This document shows positions 1 to 14,599 of a stretch of DNA of 64,000 bases, one piece after another; the stretch's first letter is position 1, and every line of letters starts with the position of its first letter. Made by a program: the position numbers and the translations under genes. Source of the stretch: Sphyrna mokarran (lineage: Eukaryota); assembly GCA_024679065.1 (NCBI GenBank), contig JAGIQG010000005.1:85560001-85624000 (forward strand), in the 5' to 3' direction. The notes beneath the pieces were generated by a model. That model made no database searches. It was not told the origin of the DNA and saw only the letters and a list, made by a program, of their open reading frames with translations.

Positions 1-3000
1 TGTTAAAGAATGAATGATTCCAAGCATTGTCTTACTTGTTGATGATGCATTTTGTTGCCTTGAATGTTGGTTGTATGTCATCTTAATCCTCCCATGTTTT
101 CCAGAAGTTCTCTTCAATGTCAGACAAATGGGTCAGGTGGTGGCTTGATACCACCATTCTAATGAGGCTTCTGAACACGAGTTCTGCTAACGCGCCAAAG
201 ACCAATTGTAAAAGTGTTTCCAAACAAGCTCAAAAATCAAAGTGGAAAAGAAACCATTGCTTCTAAGAACGAGCCTGTATTTAACCACCGCAGGAATTTT
301 GTAGCCATCAGGTTTCCCAGCCATGAATGTCATATTGGAGACATGCAATACGTTTTTCATCCAGCTTAGCTAAGTCCTCACAATCTTCAGACTCATTTGC
401 TTTAACAGTCTCCTCGGCCAAATAACATCTCGCTCTTCCATTTCTCCCTCAGGTCAACACCTCTCACATTTGCAGCACAAGGTTGCGCAGGATAAAGGAA
501 AACAATGATGGTGAGAATCTCTGTGTTCAGTACTGCAGAGCTCTTCATGAGAATACAAATATCAAGAAAACATCATCAGGAGGCATGTTCTTGAGACTGC
601 ATCACCATTAAGGATCTGTGACAGCTCGCTGAGTACCCAGCACAAACATGCAGGATCTGCTTTCTGAGATTAAAAGTAAGCTCGCAGTTCAAAAGTGAAA
701 TAAATCCATTATGATATTTGAACCTGTGAGGAAGCTGAGATGCAAGCCCACCACCTCTGACAGACTTGCTTGTGTCATTTCTGTGGAACTGAACACGTTG
801 GTAAGCGTTTTTGAAAACAGTATCTTTCTCCTGTCCTGTGATCTGTGTTATTTCATAATGGTCCCAAGTGGAGATCTGAAAAGACATGCTGACAATCAAG
901 TCCTGTGCTAGAACCTCTTACAAAGCCACTGGCATTTAGTTCCTTCAAATCATCCACATGCCCCTAGGTTGCACCACATTTCATTGATTTAGCAATTTTT
1001 TGGTTGAATCTGCAACTTTCTTGTGCTCTGCTCAGGCAAATGTTCCTCTTGGATTGATGCCAACTGGTGACAGACCTTTCCTTATATTCAGAATACAGCT
1101 GGGAAAAAGGCGGAGTTCCATATATCCTATATTCACATACCTCTTCTGTCCATGAACAATTAGATTGGAGACTTTGCTGGAACATTATGACTATTCTTCC
1201 CTCCAAGACAGTGTCAAGCCAACAGTCTGCCAACAGTCTTGACGTGGCATCCCAAGGCAATCCTTTGCAGGTGAACTACAATCTGAAGGTCTGTGGCCGG
1301 CTCTGAGAATGAGCATTTGGCCCTTGAAACTAGAACTCAACTGACACTGGTTCTCCAAGTCGTGAGCAAAGAATTTATTGGACCTCCCTAAGTTCATCCC
1401 AAAATGGTAATTCTGAAATCCTTTTATAATGTGTTGAGACCACTCCCATATCATTATTTTCAAGCTTGATTTTCAAGTTGTATTATCACTCACTGAAGGG
1501 CAAAAAGATGTTGCTGCTAACCTTCCCAAGTGTAACAGCTTCAAATACACACCAAATTCATCACACCTGGCCACATAGTAACTGCCACTTCATTCACATC
1601 CTGTTAATTTCCAGCATCCATCCATTACCCTTGGCACCATCATTGCTCACACTGACATTTCCATTTGTTGCACCCTTGTTTCCATTAACATTGATGCACC
1701 ATGCCTTTTGTTGATCTGAGTCTTTCATTGAAGGTAAATTTAATTTCTAAGATACCCTCCAAATTTACTGCACTCTAACCCACACAATGAGATCAGCCAA
1801 TATCGTATTCCTGGCCAAGACTATTCAACTGCCGATTTAACAACTTCAAATGTCCTGCCATTCTGGTTAAGGTGCCCTGTCCAAACAACACACCAGTGCC
1901 CAAGACATGCCAATGATGGTCAGCCCACAAAATACTTCCATAGAGTGTGACATAATCGCTGCACAATTTATTAAGCAGGCAATCAGCAGCACTGCCTCAT
2001 TTACAAACCAATCTCTTCTTATAACCTCTTGACCACCCCCATCAGAAATTTCTCCTCTGTCTCTAGTGGCCCTGCAGACCATGTCCAGTCACCATCACAT
2101 GTTTGCAACTTAAGACCTTGCCCCACTCCCAGTTCTGAAACCGTCCACCACTCTGCTTTCTGTGCCTTTCCTGCCACTGTTTCACCCTTCTCACATTGGT
2201 CTGATAAGCTGAAAGTAGATTTAGATTTTGAAGACGATGTACCAATTCTCTTGTTTGCCTTCTGTTCATGCTTAACATTGTTCCATTGGGTGTTGTGACC
2301 TCATAGGATCCAGATTCATTGCACGCTTTGATATTTCTGTGAAAAAAAAAATGAATGATTCCAAGTTGTTATCTTCCTTGCAGATTATGCAGTTCCTTCC
2401 TCCCACTCCTGCCTGTGTTTCACTGTCCTCACACTGGCCTGGGACATGAAATGTTGATTCAATTTTTGAAGATGTAGTACCAAATTCTCCAGTCTGGCTT
2501 CGGTTTGTGCTTAATATCATTTCATTGTGTATTGCTAATTCACACGATCTGGACGCATTGCACACTTTGGATACTTCTGTGAAAGTATGAATGATTCCAA
2601 GCTGTTGTCTTACTTGCAATTTATGTAGTTCATTGCCTTGCATGTTGGTCAGATACCATCTTCGTCCTCCACGTTTTCCACAAATTCTCTTCTATGGCAG
2701 AGAAATGGAACAGGTGATGGCTTGGCAATACTGACTTAAAGTAGCTTTGGAACATGACTTCTGCTTGTGCAAAGACCAAGTGTAAACATGTATTCCTTTA
2801 AGGTAAAATGCTGATGTGGAGAATGAACCATTGTTCGGAAGAGATAGTCTGTATTTAACCTCTGTGGGTTAAAACCTTGATAACATGACGTATTCTTCAT
2901 CCGGATCAGCTAAGTCCTCACCATCTTCAAATCCCTTTGCTTCAATATCCTCTTTGTCCAATTAACTTTCTGTTCTTCCATTTCTCTCTCAAGTCAATAT

Positions 3001-6000
3001 CTGCAGCACAAGGAACAGTAAAACAATGGTGATCTGAGACACTCTCTGTGGCGTGAATTGCAGAGAACTGGTTCATGACCAGTCCAAATATCAATAATAC
3101 ATCATCAGGAGCCAAGCACTTGACCCTGCATCGGCATAAAAGATTCACAAGAATTCCCTCAGTACCTCGCACAAATATGCGAGTCGTGCTTTCCAGGATC
3201 AAAAGTAAGCCGGCACTTCCGAAAGTGAAATCCATTTCAATTATTGAGCTTGTGGGGAATCTTGAGATTGTTGCAATCCCACCACCTCTGTCAGTCTGCC
3301 TTGCATCATGTGGAATTGAATATATTGGTGAGTAAATATTGAAATCTGTATCTTTCACTTGTCTTGCGATTTGTATTCTGCCATTTGTGTTATTCCACAA
3401 AGATTTCAAGTCCCACACTGGAACCTCTGATAAAGCCAATGGCACGAGGTGCCCTCCAAATCCTGGCGGCATGAATCCTTCAAGGAGCAGGAGGTTTATT
3501 TGAGTTAGTAAATGCCTGGGCAAGCAATGGTGCCTGTGGTGTCATCTTTGACTCATTTCCATATTCGGGCTGCATCTCCTATCTCTGGTCACACCATACT
3601 TCAGCGATTTAGCAGTTCTTCAGGAGAATCCCTGACTTTCAAGGTAGGACTCTGCACAGACCTGCTGTTCCTCCCAGATCCATGCCAGTGACAGCGCCTA
3701 CTGCTCATTCAAAATATAGCTGGGAGAAAGGCAGTGTTCTTTGTATCCTGTATTCACACTCCTCCTCGAACAAATAGATTGAAAATATCACTGAATCTTT
3801 CTCATAACTGCTGTTCTCTCCAAGCCAGTATCAAGCCAATTGTCTGCCCACAGTGTAGACAAAGCATTCCGAGAAATTCTTTGCAGGTGAACGACAATCT
3901 GATGATCCATTGTTGGTCCAACAATGAGATTCGGACCTTGAAACTAGAACTTAGTTGACACTACTTCTCCATGTCTTGAGCAAATAAGTTGGATGTCCTT
4001 AAAATCACCCCAAAATGATGATTCTGAAATCCTCTTATGTGCTTGAGCTATTCCCATATTATTTTCAAACTGGTCTTTCAAACTGCATCGTCACGCAGTA
4101 AAGCGTGAAGATGTCGCTGTTAACCTATACAAGTCTAACAGCTTCAAACACAGATCAAACTCATCACATCTGCCCAGTCACTATCTCCTAGTTTACCTCC
4201 TTCCTGTTATGCACCAATCTCCACCCATTACACTTGGCAGCATCATTGCTCACACTGACATTTCCATTTGTGGGACCTCTGTTCCCAAAAATGCTAATGT
4301 ATCACGCCCTTTGTTGAGTGAGCCTCATTTTATTAAGACCAGTTTTAATTTCCAAGATAACTCCCCAAATGAGATCAGACAACACCCTACTTCTTGTCAA
4401 GACTACTCAACTGCTGATTTAACAAATTCAAATGTTTCGCCATTCTGATTAAGGTGCTCTGTCTAAAACACACCGCTGTCCAAGGTATATAAGTCATGGA
4501 CAGTCCACTAAATACACCCATGAAGTCTGGTATAATTGAGCACAGTTTCTTAAACAGACAATCAGCAGCACTGCCTCATTTGCAAATAATTTCTTCTCAC
4601 AATGCCTTGACCAGGCTCCATGAGAAACTTTCTCTCTGGTCCTGATGGCCCCGCCAGACCATGTTTAGCCAATTTCACTTGTTTACATATTAAGTCATTG
4701 CCCCACTCTCCAGTCCTTACTCGGTCTACCATTTCCAGTTTGCAACTTGTGCTTTTCCTCTTACTCTTGCTTCTGTTTCACCTTTCTTATATCGGACTGG
4801 TAAGCTAAAAGTAGAGTTAGTTTTTGAAGATGCAGTATCTATATCCCTCGGCTGGCTTCTGTTCATCGTTAGCATTGTTCCATTGAGTGTTGTGACTTCA
4901 TATGATCTAGATTCATTGCATACTTTGCATACTTCTGTTAAAGAATGAATGATTCCAAGCATTGTCTTACTTGTTGACTATGTATTTTGTTGCCTTGAAT
5001 GTTCATTGTATGTCATCTTAATCCTCCCATGTTTTCCAGAAGTTCTCTTCAATGTCAGACAAATGGGTCAGGTGGTGGCTTGATACCATCATTCTAATGA
5101 GGCTTCCGAACACGAGTTCTGCTAACGCGCCAAAGACCAATTGTAAAAGTGTTTCCAAACAAGCTCAAATATCAATGTGGAGAAGAAACCATTGCTTCTA
5201 AGAATAAGCCTCTATTTAACCACCGCAGGAATTTTGTAACCATCACGTTTTCCAGACATGAATGCCATATTGGAGATGTGCAATAGGTTCTTCATCCAGC
5301 TTAGCTAAATCCTCACCATCTTCAGACTCATTTGCTTTAGCAATCTCCTCGGCCAATTAACATCTTGCTCTTCCATTTCTCCCTCAGGTCAACACCTCTC
5401 ACATTTGCAGCACAAGGTTGCGCAGGATAAAGGAAAACAATGATGATGTGAGAATCTCTGTGTTCAGTACTGCAGAGCTCTTCATGAGAATACAAATATC
5501 AAGAATACATCATCAGGAGGCATGCTCTTGAGACTACATCACCATGAAGGATTTGTGACAGCTCGCTGAGTACCCAGCACAAATATGCAAGATCTGCTTT
5601 CTGGGATTAAAAATAAGCTGGCAGTTCAAAAATTGATTTTTGAACCTGTGAGGAAGCTGAGATTGTTGCAAGCCCACCACCTCTGACAGACCTGCTTGTA
5701 TCATTTCTGTGGAACTGAACATGTTGGTAAGCGTTTTTGAAAAAAGTATCTTTCTCCTGTCCTGTGATGTGTTATTTCGCAATGGTCCCAAGTGGAGATC
5801 TGAAAAGACACGCTGACAATCAAGTCCTGTGCTGGAACCTCTTACAAAACCACTAGCATTTGGTTCCTTCAAATCATCTACATCCTCCTAGGTCGCACCA
5901 CATTTCATCGATTTAGCAATTTTTTGGTCGAATCGGCAACTTTCTTGCGCTCTGCTCAGGCAAATGTTCCTCTTGGATTGATGCCAACTGGTGACAGACC

Positions 6001-9000
6001 TTTCCTTATATTCAGAATACAGCTGGGAAAAAGGTGGAGTTCCATACATCCTATATTCACACACCTCTTCTGTCCATGAACAATTAGATTGGAGACTTCG
6101 CTGGAACATTATGACTATTCTTCTCTCCAAGCCAGTGTCAAGCCAATAGTCTGCCCACAGCCTGGGTGTGGCATCCCAAGGCAGTCCTTTGCAGGTGACC
6201 TGCAATCTGATGGTCCGTGGCCGACTCCGAGAATGAGCATTTGGCCCTTGAAACTAGAATTCAGCTGACACTGGTCCTCCAAGTCGTGAGCAAAGAATTG
6301 ATTGGACCTCCCTAAGCTCACCCCAAAATGGTAATTCTGAAATCCTTTTATAATGTGTTGAGACCACTCCCATATCATTATTTTCAAGCTTGATTTTCAA
6401 GTTGTATTATCACTTACTGAAGGGCAAAGATGTTGCTGCTAATCTTCCCAAGTGTAACAGCTTCAAATACACATCAAATTCATCACACCTGGCCACGTAG
6501 TAACTGCCACTTAATTCACATCCTGTTAATTTCCAGCATCCACCCATTACTCTTGGCACCATCATTGCTCACACTGACATTTCTATTTGTTGCACCCTTG
6601 TTTCCATTAACATTAATGCACCATGCCATTTCTTAACCTGAGTCTCATTTTATTGAGGTTAGCTTTAATTTCCAAAGTACCTCCCCGAAAGCACTTTACT
6701 CTGAACTACCCAATGAGATCAAACAATATTTACCCCTTGCCAAGATTACTCAACTAGCGATTTAACAAATTCAAAAGCCTCGCCAGTCTGGTTAAGGTGC
6801 ACTATCCAAACAACACACCAGTGCCCAAAACATGTAAGTCATGGCAGTGCATTAAATATACCCACAGTGTGGTATAATTGCTGCATAGTCCATTAAAAGA
6901 TAATAAGCAGCATCGCCTCATTTGCAAACACTCTCTCTTATAACCCCTTGACCAGACTTCATCGCAAACTTGCCCTGGCCCCAGTGGCCCTACCAGACCA
7001 TGGCTAACTAACTTCACATGTTTGCAACTTATGTCCTTGCCCAGTCCTGACTCTATCTACCATCTCCCGCCTTAAACCTGTGTCCTTCCTCTCATCCCTG
7101 CCAATGTTTTATCCTTCTCACATTGGATTGGTAAATGAAATGTGGAATCAGTTCTCAAAGATGCAATACCAAATTCCATTGTCTGACTTCTCTTTGTGCT
7201 TAACATAATTCTATTGTGTGTTTCTACTTCGTACAATTTGGATCAACTACACTGGATATTCCTGTGAAAGAATGAATGATTCCAAGCTGTTGTTTTTTTT
7301 TGCAGATTACGTAGTTTATCTCCTTGCATGTTGGTTGAACACCATCTTCGTCCTCCCATGTTTTCTCCAAGTTATCTTCCATGTCAGAGAAATGTGATAG
7401 GTAATGGCTTAGCAACATTATCCTAACATGCCTTCTGACCATGATTTCTGCTGGTGCATCAAAGACCAAGTGTAAAAGTGTGTCCCTTCAATGTCAAATG
7501 TCATTGATACCAGGAATAAACCAATGCTTGTAAGGGCTCAGTCTGCATTTAATCTCGATAGGAATTCTGTAGGCATCAGGTTTTCCAGGCATGTCCACCA
7601 TATTGTATTGTTCTGCAAATGTCCCAAGTGGAGGCCTGGAAAGATGTGATGATAATCAAGTCCTGTGCTGGAACTTCTTACAAAGCCACTTGGCACATGC
7701 TTCCCTTCAAATCCCGGCAGTGTATGTTCTTCAGGGAGCAGGAGGTCTGAGTTAGCAAATGCCTAAACAAGCAACAATGCCTGTGGCAATCTTCTTTCCC
7801 TCTTTCCATATATGCACTGCATCTTCTATATCCATTTGGCCATCCCACACTTCTTAGGGAGAATCTGCAACTTGCTATTACTGAGGCACATGTTCTTCTT
7901 TGTGTGACAGGCCCAATTGGTGACAGGCCCTTCTCATTTGAAATTTGGTGGGAAACAGGCAATGTTCCATGAATCCTGCATTCACATTCCTCTTCTGTCC
8001 ATGAACAAATTAACTGGCGACATCACTGAAACATGGCAGCAGAGCCAAACCTTTGCAGGTGAACTACGATCTAGAGATCTATACTGGGCTCCAACAATGA
8101 GCATTTAGCCCTTGAAACTAGAACTCAGCTGACATTAGTTCTCCACATCATGAGCAAAAAATTAGTTGGTTTCCTGAAGGTCACCCCAAAACGGTGGCCC
8201 TGAAATCCTCTTACATGCCCAAGACCACTTTCATTTCATTATTTTCATGCCTCTGCTTCAGACAGCATTATCACTCAGTAAAAGGCAAAGATTTCCAAGT
8301 GAAACTAACAACTTCATGTGCCCAACAAGTCACTGCCACTTAATTCACATCCTTCCTGTTAATTTACAATCTATTCCACTTGGAATCTATTCCAATCTAT
8401 TCATTGCTCCCATTGTTTTTTTGCATCCTACCCCTTCTCCTTAATGCTGATGCACCATCCCTTTCTTAAACTGGGCCTCCTTTACTGAGACTAGTTGTAA
8501 TTTCCAAGATAACTCCCCAAATTCACTGCACCATGAACCACCCAATGAGATTAGACAAAACCCTACTCCTCGCCAAGACTTCTCAGCCGTAGATTTAACA
8601 AATTCAAATGCCTCGTCATTCCAGTTAAGATGCGCTGCCCAAAAGATGTAAGCCATGGACAGCCCACTAAATACACCAATAAGGTGTGATATAACTGCTA
8701 TCACAGTTTATTAAACAGGTAATAAAGCAGCATTGCCCCATTTGCAAACAATCTTTTCTCACATCTCTTTATCCAAACACCATCACAAACTTCCTCTCTG
8801 ACCTTGGTGGCCCTGCCAAATCATGTCTGGCCAATGTCACATGATTGCAACTTAAGTCCTTGCTCCATTCCCCAGTCCTGACTTTTTCTACCATTTCCAA
8901 CCTACCTGTTCCCTTCCTCTCACTCCTGTCTTTGTTCATCCTTCTCATATTGATTCAGTTTTTGACGATGAAGTATCAAATTCCCTTGTCTGGTTTCTGT

Positions 9001-12000
9001 CCGTACTTAGCATCATTTCATTGTGTGTTGTATGATCTGTACTCATTGTACATTTTGGATACTTCTGTTAAAAAATGATTCCAAGCTGTTGTCTTACTTG
9101 CAGACTATACAGTTCATTGCCTTGCATGTTGGTCGTACATCATCTTCATCCTCCCATATTTTCTGGAAGTTCTCTTCTGCGTGAGAGAAAAGGGACAAGT
9201 GATGACTTGGCAACATTGTTGTAATGTAGTTTCTAAACATGATTTCTGCTGGTTTGTCAAAAACCAATACAAATCCCTTCAAGGTCAAATGTCATTGATA
9301 CACAGAATAAACAATTGCATTTAACCTCCACAGGAATTTTGTAGGCATCAGGTTTTCCAGACATGTCCAGACACATCAGGTTTTCCAGACACAAAAGGTT
9401 CCAAGTGGAGGTTTGGAGAGACCTGATGATAATCAATTCGCGCGCTGGACTTCTTACAAATACACTGGCATATGTGGTTCCCTTCAAATCCTGATGATAT
9501 CTGTTCTTCAAGGAGCTGGAGGTTAATTGAAATTAGTAAATGCATAGACCAGCCAATGGTGCTGGTAGCCTCTTCTTTATGTTGTAGCTTCTATATCGCT
9601 TAGTCGTGCTGCACATCATTGATTCACCAAATCTTCATGAAAATCTGTGAATTCCTAGGGCTCTGTTCAGGCCTGCTGCTCAGGTGAATGTTCCTTCTGG
9701 ATCAGTGCCAATTGGTGACAGGCTCTTCTTTTCATTCAAAATTCAGCTGGAAAACAGTGCTTTATGCATCCTGCATTCACATTCCCCCTTCAGTCCGTGC
9801 CTGTGGCATCATCTTTCACTCATTTCCATAAGGGTTGCATATTCAAAATCCTTTTGGTCAAGCCAGGTATCTTCACTGCTTTGCAATTTTTCAGAACAAT
9901 CTGTGATTTCCTATGGCTCTGCACAGGCCTGCTATTCCTCCTGGATCCATATCAATCAATGAAGGAGCCTTCTGTTCACTCAAATTACAGCTGGGAAAAA
10001 GGCAATGAACTGTGCATTCTACATCACACTCCTCCTTCTGTCCGTGAACAAACAATTACAGACAACACTGAAACTTCTTCATGACTGTTTTTTCTCCAAG
10101 CCAGTAGCGTGGCCAAAGTGTAGCACGTAAACACGGCATCCTGAGGCAACCTTTGTCATTGAACTACACTCTGGAGGTTCAGAGTCAGCTTTGACAACAA
10201 ACATTTGGCCTTTGAAATTAGAACTCAACTGACACAAGTTCTCATGTCTTGAGCAAATTATCAATTGGATATCCTGAAGATCACCCTAAAATGGTGACTC
10301 TGAAACACTCTTATGTGCCTTGAGACAACTCCACGTCATTATTTTCAAACTTGTTTTTTAGGCTACGCCACTCAGTACAGGACAAAGGTCTTGCTGCCAT
10401 TCTTTTCAAGCATATCCAACAGCTTCAAACACACAAATTTATTACATCTGCCCAAACAGTCACTGCTCTTAATTCACATCCCTCCTCTTAATTTCCAGTC
10501 ACTACACATTACCCTTGGCACCATCATTGCTCAAACTGACATTTCTATTTGTGCCCCCTCCCAGTTCCCAATAATGTTGACGCATCATACCCTTTCTTGA
10601 GCCGAGCCTCCTTTTGTTGAAGCAAGCTTTAATATCCAGGAAACCTCAGTGCATTCCCTGCACTCTGATCCACCAAATGAGATCATGCAATACCTTACTC
10701 CCAGCCAAGACTACTTACCTGCCGATTTAACAAATTCAAATACTTCACCATTCTGGTGAAAGTGCCCTGCCCAAACTACTTATATACTCTATTTTACAAC
10801 CCCTGGTCCAGACTCCCGCAAACTTCCCCTCTTACACTGGTGCCCCCACAAGACCATGTCTAGCCAACATCATGTTTGCAAATTAAGTCTTTGCTCTGCT
10901 CCATCGACCATTTCCATGCTGCTACCCGTGCCCTTCCTCCCACTCCTGCCTCTATTTCTCCCTTCTCACATTGGACTGGTAAATGAAACATGGATCCAGT
11001 TTTTGAACCAAATTCCCTTGTTCTAACTTCTGTTCATCTTTAACATCATTCCATTGGATGTTGTACTTCGTATGATCTGGATTCATTGCACACTTTGGAT
11101 ACTTCTGTTATGGAATGAATGATTCCAAGCTGTTGTCACACATGCAGGCTATGTAGTTTGTCGCCTTGCACGTTGGTCTGACATCAACTTCATTCTACCA
11201 TGTTTTTCAGAAAATCTCTTCTGTTTCAGAAATTGAGACAGATAATGGCCTGGCAACACTGACCTACAGTGGCTTCTGAACATTGCTTCTGTTGGTGTGT
11301 CAATGACTAAGTATAAAAGTAATCAATATGGAGAATAAGCCATTTGCTTGTCAGAATTAAATTTGCATTTGGTCTTCACAGGAATTCTATAAGCATCAGG
11401 TTTTCCAGTTATGTCTGTCATATTTGTGTTATTCCGCAAAGGTTCTAAGTAAAGGCTGGAAAGACTTAATAACAATCAAGTCCTGGGCTGGAACTTCTTA
11501 CAAAGCCACTGGTATATGGTTTCCTTCAAATCCTGGCAGCATGTGTTCTTCAATGGGCAGGAGGTTTATTTGAGTGAGCAAATACCTAGACAAGCAACTG
11601 TGCTTGTGGCATCTTTTTTCACTCATTTTTATATATAAGCTGCATTTTCCATAGATAAAGTATGGTCACACCACACATCATTGATTTTGCAATTCTTTAG
11701 GAGAATCTGTAACTTCCTAGGGCTGTACTCAGCCTAATGTTCCTCCTGGATTAGTGCCAATTAGTGACAGGCATTTCTTCTCATTTGAAATATAGCTGTG
11801 AAAATGGGTGTTCCTTGCATTCACACTCCTCTTCTATTAACAAATAGATTAGAAACATGAGTGAAACTTCTTCATGACTGCTCTTCTTTCCAAGCCAGTG
11901 TCAAGCCAACAGTCTGCCCAAAGTGTAGACACAACATCCCAAGATAACCATTTGTAAGTGAACTACAATCTGGAAGTCCACGATAGACACCATCATTGCG

Positions 12001-12150
12001 CAGACTGAAATTTCTATTTGTTGCCTCCTCCCGGTTCCCATTAATGTTGATGCACCATGCCTTTTCCTGATCCAAGTCTCCTTTTATTGAGACCAACTTT
12101 AATTTCTAAGATAACTCCCCCATCCCCTGCATCTGAACCATCCAAAGAGA
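1..12150. repeat. Tandem array of diverged ~1.8-2.6 kb units (about 6 units here, continuing past the left edge), derived from ancient LINE ORF2 fragments
   Basis: Anchor (g)aatgattccaag recurs at ~12, 2353, 2589, 4947, 7274, 9074 and 11117. Anchor c(c/t)ttgaaa(c/t)tagaact recurs at ~1322, 3936, 6246, 8110 and 10210. Paralogous ORFs 964-1260 and 5888-6205, and 1191-1463 and 6115-6387, are nearly identical. Units are CpG-poor and have no long ORF. Confidence 0.92.
2640..3620 (-). pseudogene. Best-preserved remnant of an AP-endonuclease (EEP) domain plus linker of an L2/CR1-group LINE ORF2 inside the array unit
   Basis: ORF 2942-3523(-) shows EGFMPPGF, ARQTDRGGGIA (R..GRGGG+A), DDVLLIFG (near +++GDFN) and VSDHH (SDH) in canonical endonuclease order. 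Paralogs show RGGGLA (576-899) and VFDAPAEIMVRRH (7224-7469), resembling the post-endonuclease linker. Heavily degraded. Confidence 0.6.
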
Positions 12151-14599
12151 TCATACAATATCCAACACTAATAGCTAATGAAGTGCTTTTTCTGTTATGG
12201 AGGTAGGAACTTCATTTTTTTAAAAATACATTTTATATGGGTAAAAAGCCTAAATTTAGAACTCTTCCTGAAAATTTCATACCTAGCATGATCTCCTGAT
12301 TTGATTGGTGATGCCAAATGTATAGTAGATGAGTTTAACATTAATCAATGTTAAGAAGAGACAGTGTGTGATTGTCAAAGAAGGTTTTCTTCCTTTAAGT
12401 ATTTACAATAAAGCCAAGATTGGATTTAAACCTCCCCATCACAAGTTCCATTGCTGAATGTATGTTTTCACAAATACTAAAAGTATGCTAAAGAGAACTG
12501 TGAATATAGTGGTGTCCCATCGGGATTACATAAGACTATGTAACCAGTCTTAAAGGTTACATAGAGAGAAGCTTGTAAGATTTTAAACACAACCCACAAA
12601 CTCGCAATCGATAGATCGTGTCACAAATCAACCCCCCAACCCAAATAACAGCAGATTTTTACACTCTGCAAGCATTAAAGCATGGTTATCTCTGTAACAG
12701 TATTCATAAATATTTGATCATGCACAAGAATTTCAAAAATTGGTAGTGTTTTTCGCATTGTCAGAAACATTTGAATATCCATAATTATTCCTTGAAAAGA
12801 AAAATTCTAACAGACATAGGTCCTCCATTCAAATTACAAACTAATGGCTAAAGAGAAAAATGATCCCACTCCTAAAATTGGTGGAAGATAGACATGAATC
12901 GAATGTCTGATGAAAAATGCAGGAAGCAACTCGATCAGGCTCCCAGGTGAAGAGTAAAATTGCATGCATCAAATATGACTTCTCCAAATAAAAACATGAT
13001 TTTCAACTAGAATTTCATAAACCTGACAAAGTTACTGTGAAAATCTTCGCTGGCAAGGGACTCTGGCAAAATAGCACTCAAATTCCAAACAATATTGGTG
13101 CTAATAACAGCAAGGAAAAGGAATCTTTTTCTGAAAAAATGCATTCTATTTTAATTTACAAAAAAAGATTGTTTTGTGTTAGTCTGATAATTAAAATTGC
13201 AGATTCAGTTTTTCATTCAAAGAATCCAGAGATCAATAAACACACAGTAAGAGACTTCCAAGAAACTATTGTCGACTCAACTACAATTGATACTAGCTCT
13301 AAGGGTTAAATTAAAACAACAGTAAAACAACTAAAGCTTAATAAGTACTCTTTTTTCATTTCCGATCATAGTATGAGCCATGCATCGAAGTGCTTGAAAG
13401 TTAACAGTAACATTTTGTATTAACAGTTATGATATGCAAAATTAAAAATAATTTTCTTTAAAATGTGGATGTTTACAAAAAAAATCTATCACGAGTAACA
13501 TTTACATAGGATAATTACACAAGTAAATTATACAATATTTTAAGCAGCAGCCATATATACTGACATTTATGACTAAAATGGAAATGTGGCACGTATACTC
13601 AGATCAATGTACCAAATTCACAGATGACACAACATTGTTCCTATTTTTTTCAGATTTGCAACTCACTTAAACATTTGAGAATATTTAACAATATAACAGA
13701 CAAAGAGCTGCAGTAAACTGTTTTCTCCAATATTATAAAACACCAGATCTTATCTTGCCTGCATGAGAAGTAAAGAGTTAACACTCTGCACACTCTCTCT
13801 CTCTCTGTCATAGTGTGACCTAGGTAATTAATGAGCCATACTCAAATGGGCCTCCAACTCCATGGAAGACTCGAACCTCCCTCAAATCAAGAATTGGGCC
13901 AACAGAAAGCTGTGCAATCCTTAGAACTGTGTCTTTAAACCTAAAAACGAACCCTTGTCTCCCTTGTCATGACTTACCTCGGTAGTGTTTACACAGAACA
14001 ACGCGTGCACTCTCCCAGGCAAATAGCTCAATATGCTGAAATCAGGCAACCGCGATCTCTGAGCCTTTGGTCAGCAAGGCACCACGTTTTTCTCCCATGA
14101 AGACACTCTGAGGGTTTGCCCGCTCGGTGGAACCTCCAAAAAACTGTTGAGGATTACCCCAAATAATGGATGATGAGTGCTCAAATCTTTCTAGTTTTTT
14201 TTAGTTAGCCTGTTAGCAAGTTTGAACACACAGTGAATTTCACTATGGTGTTTGGTCAATCCATACACATATTAGCAGTTATAGTTAATTACAGCAAATG
14301 AGAAATGAGTAATTTACATACATGGTCCATTACTTATAACAAAGGTTTTTGCCCTTTTTCATCCAATGAAAACCATCATCTTCATTAATTATGTCAACAT
14401 TCCTTCTTATTTGATAAGTCAGGGTAACTTGTTTTGTTTTCATTCCCATGTCCTAGCGTGGAATGCAGTGTTTATGAAACTGATGCAAGGTTAGATTAGT
14501 CTTTTATCTTGAGTATGTAAGCGCTGGCCTCACTGAAGGTCTAGGAGGCTAATAAATCAATTTCCATTACTTAATGGAGTTGTTTGTCATAACTCAATT

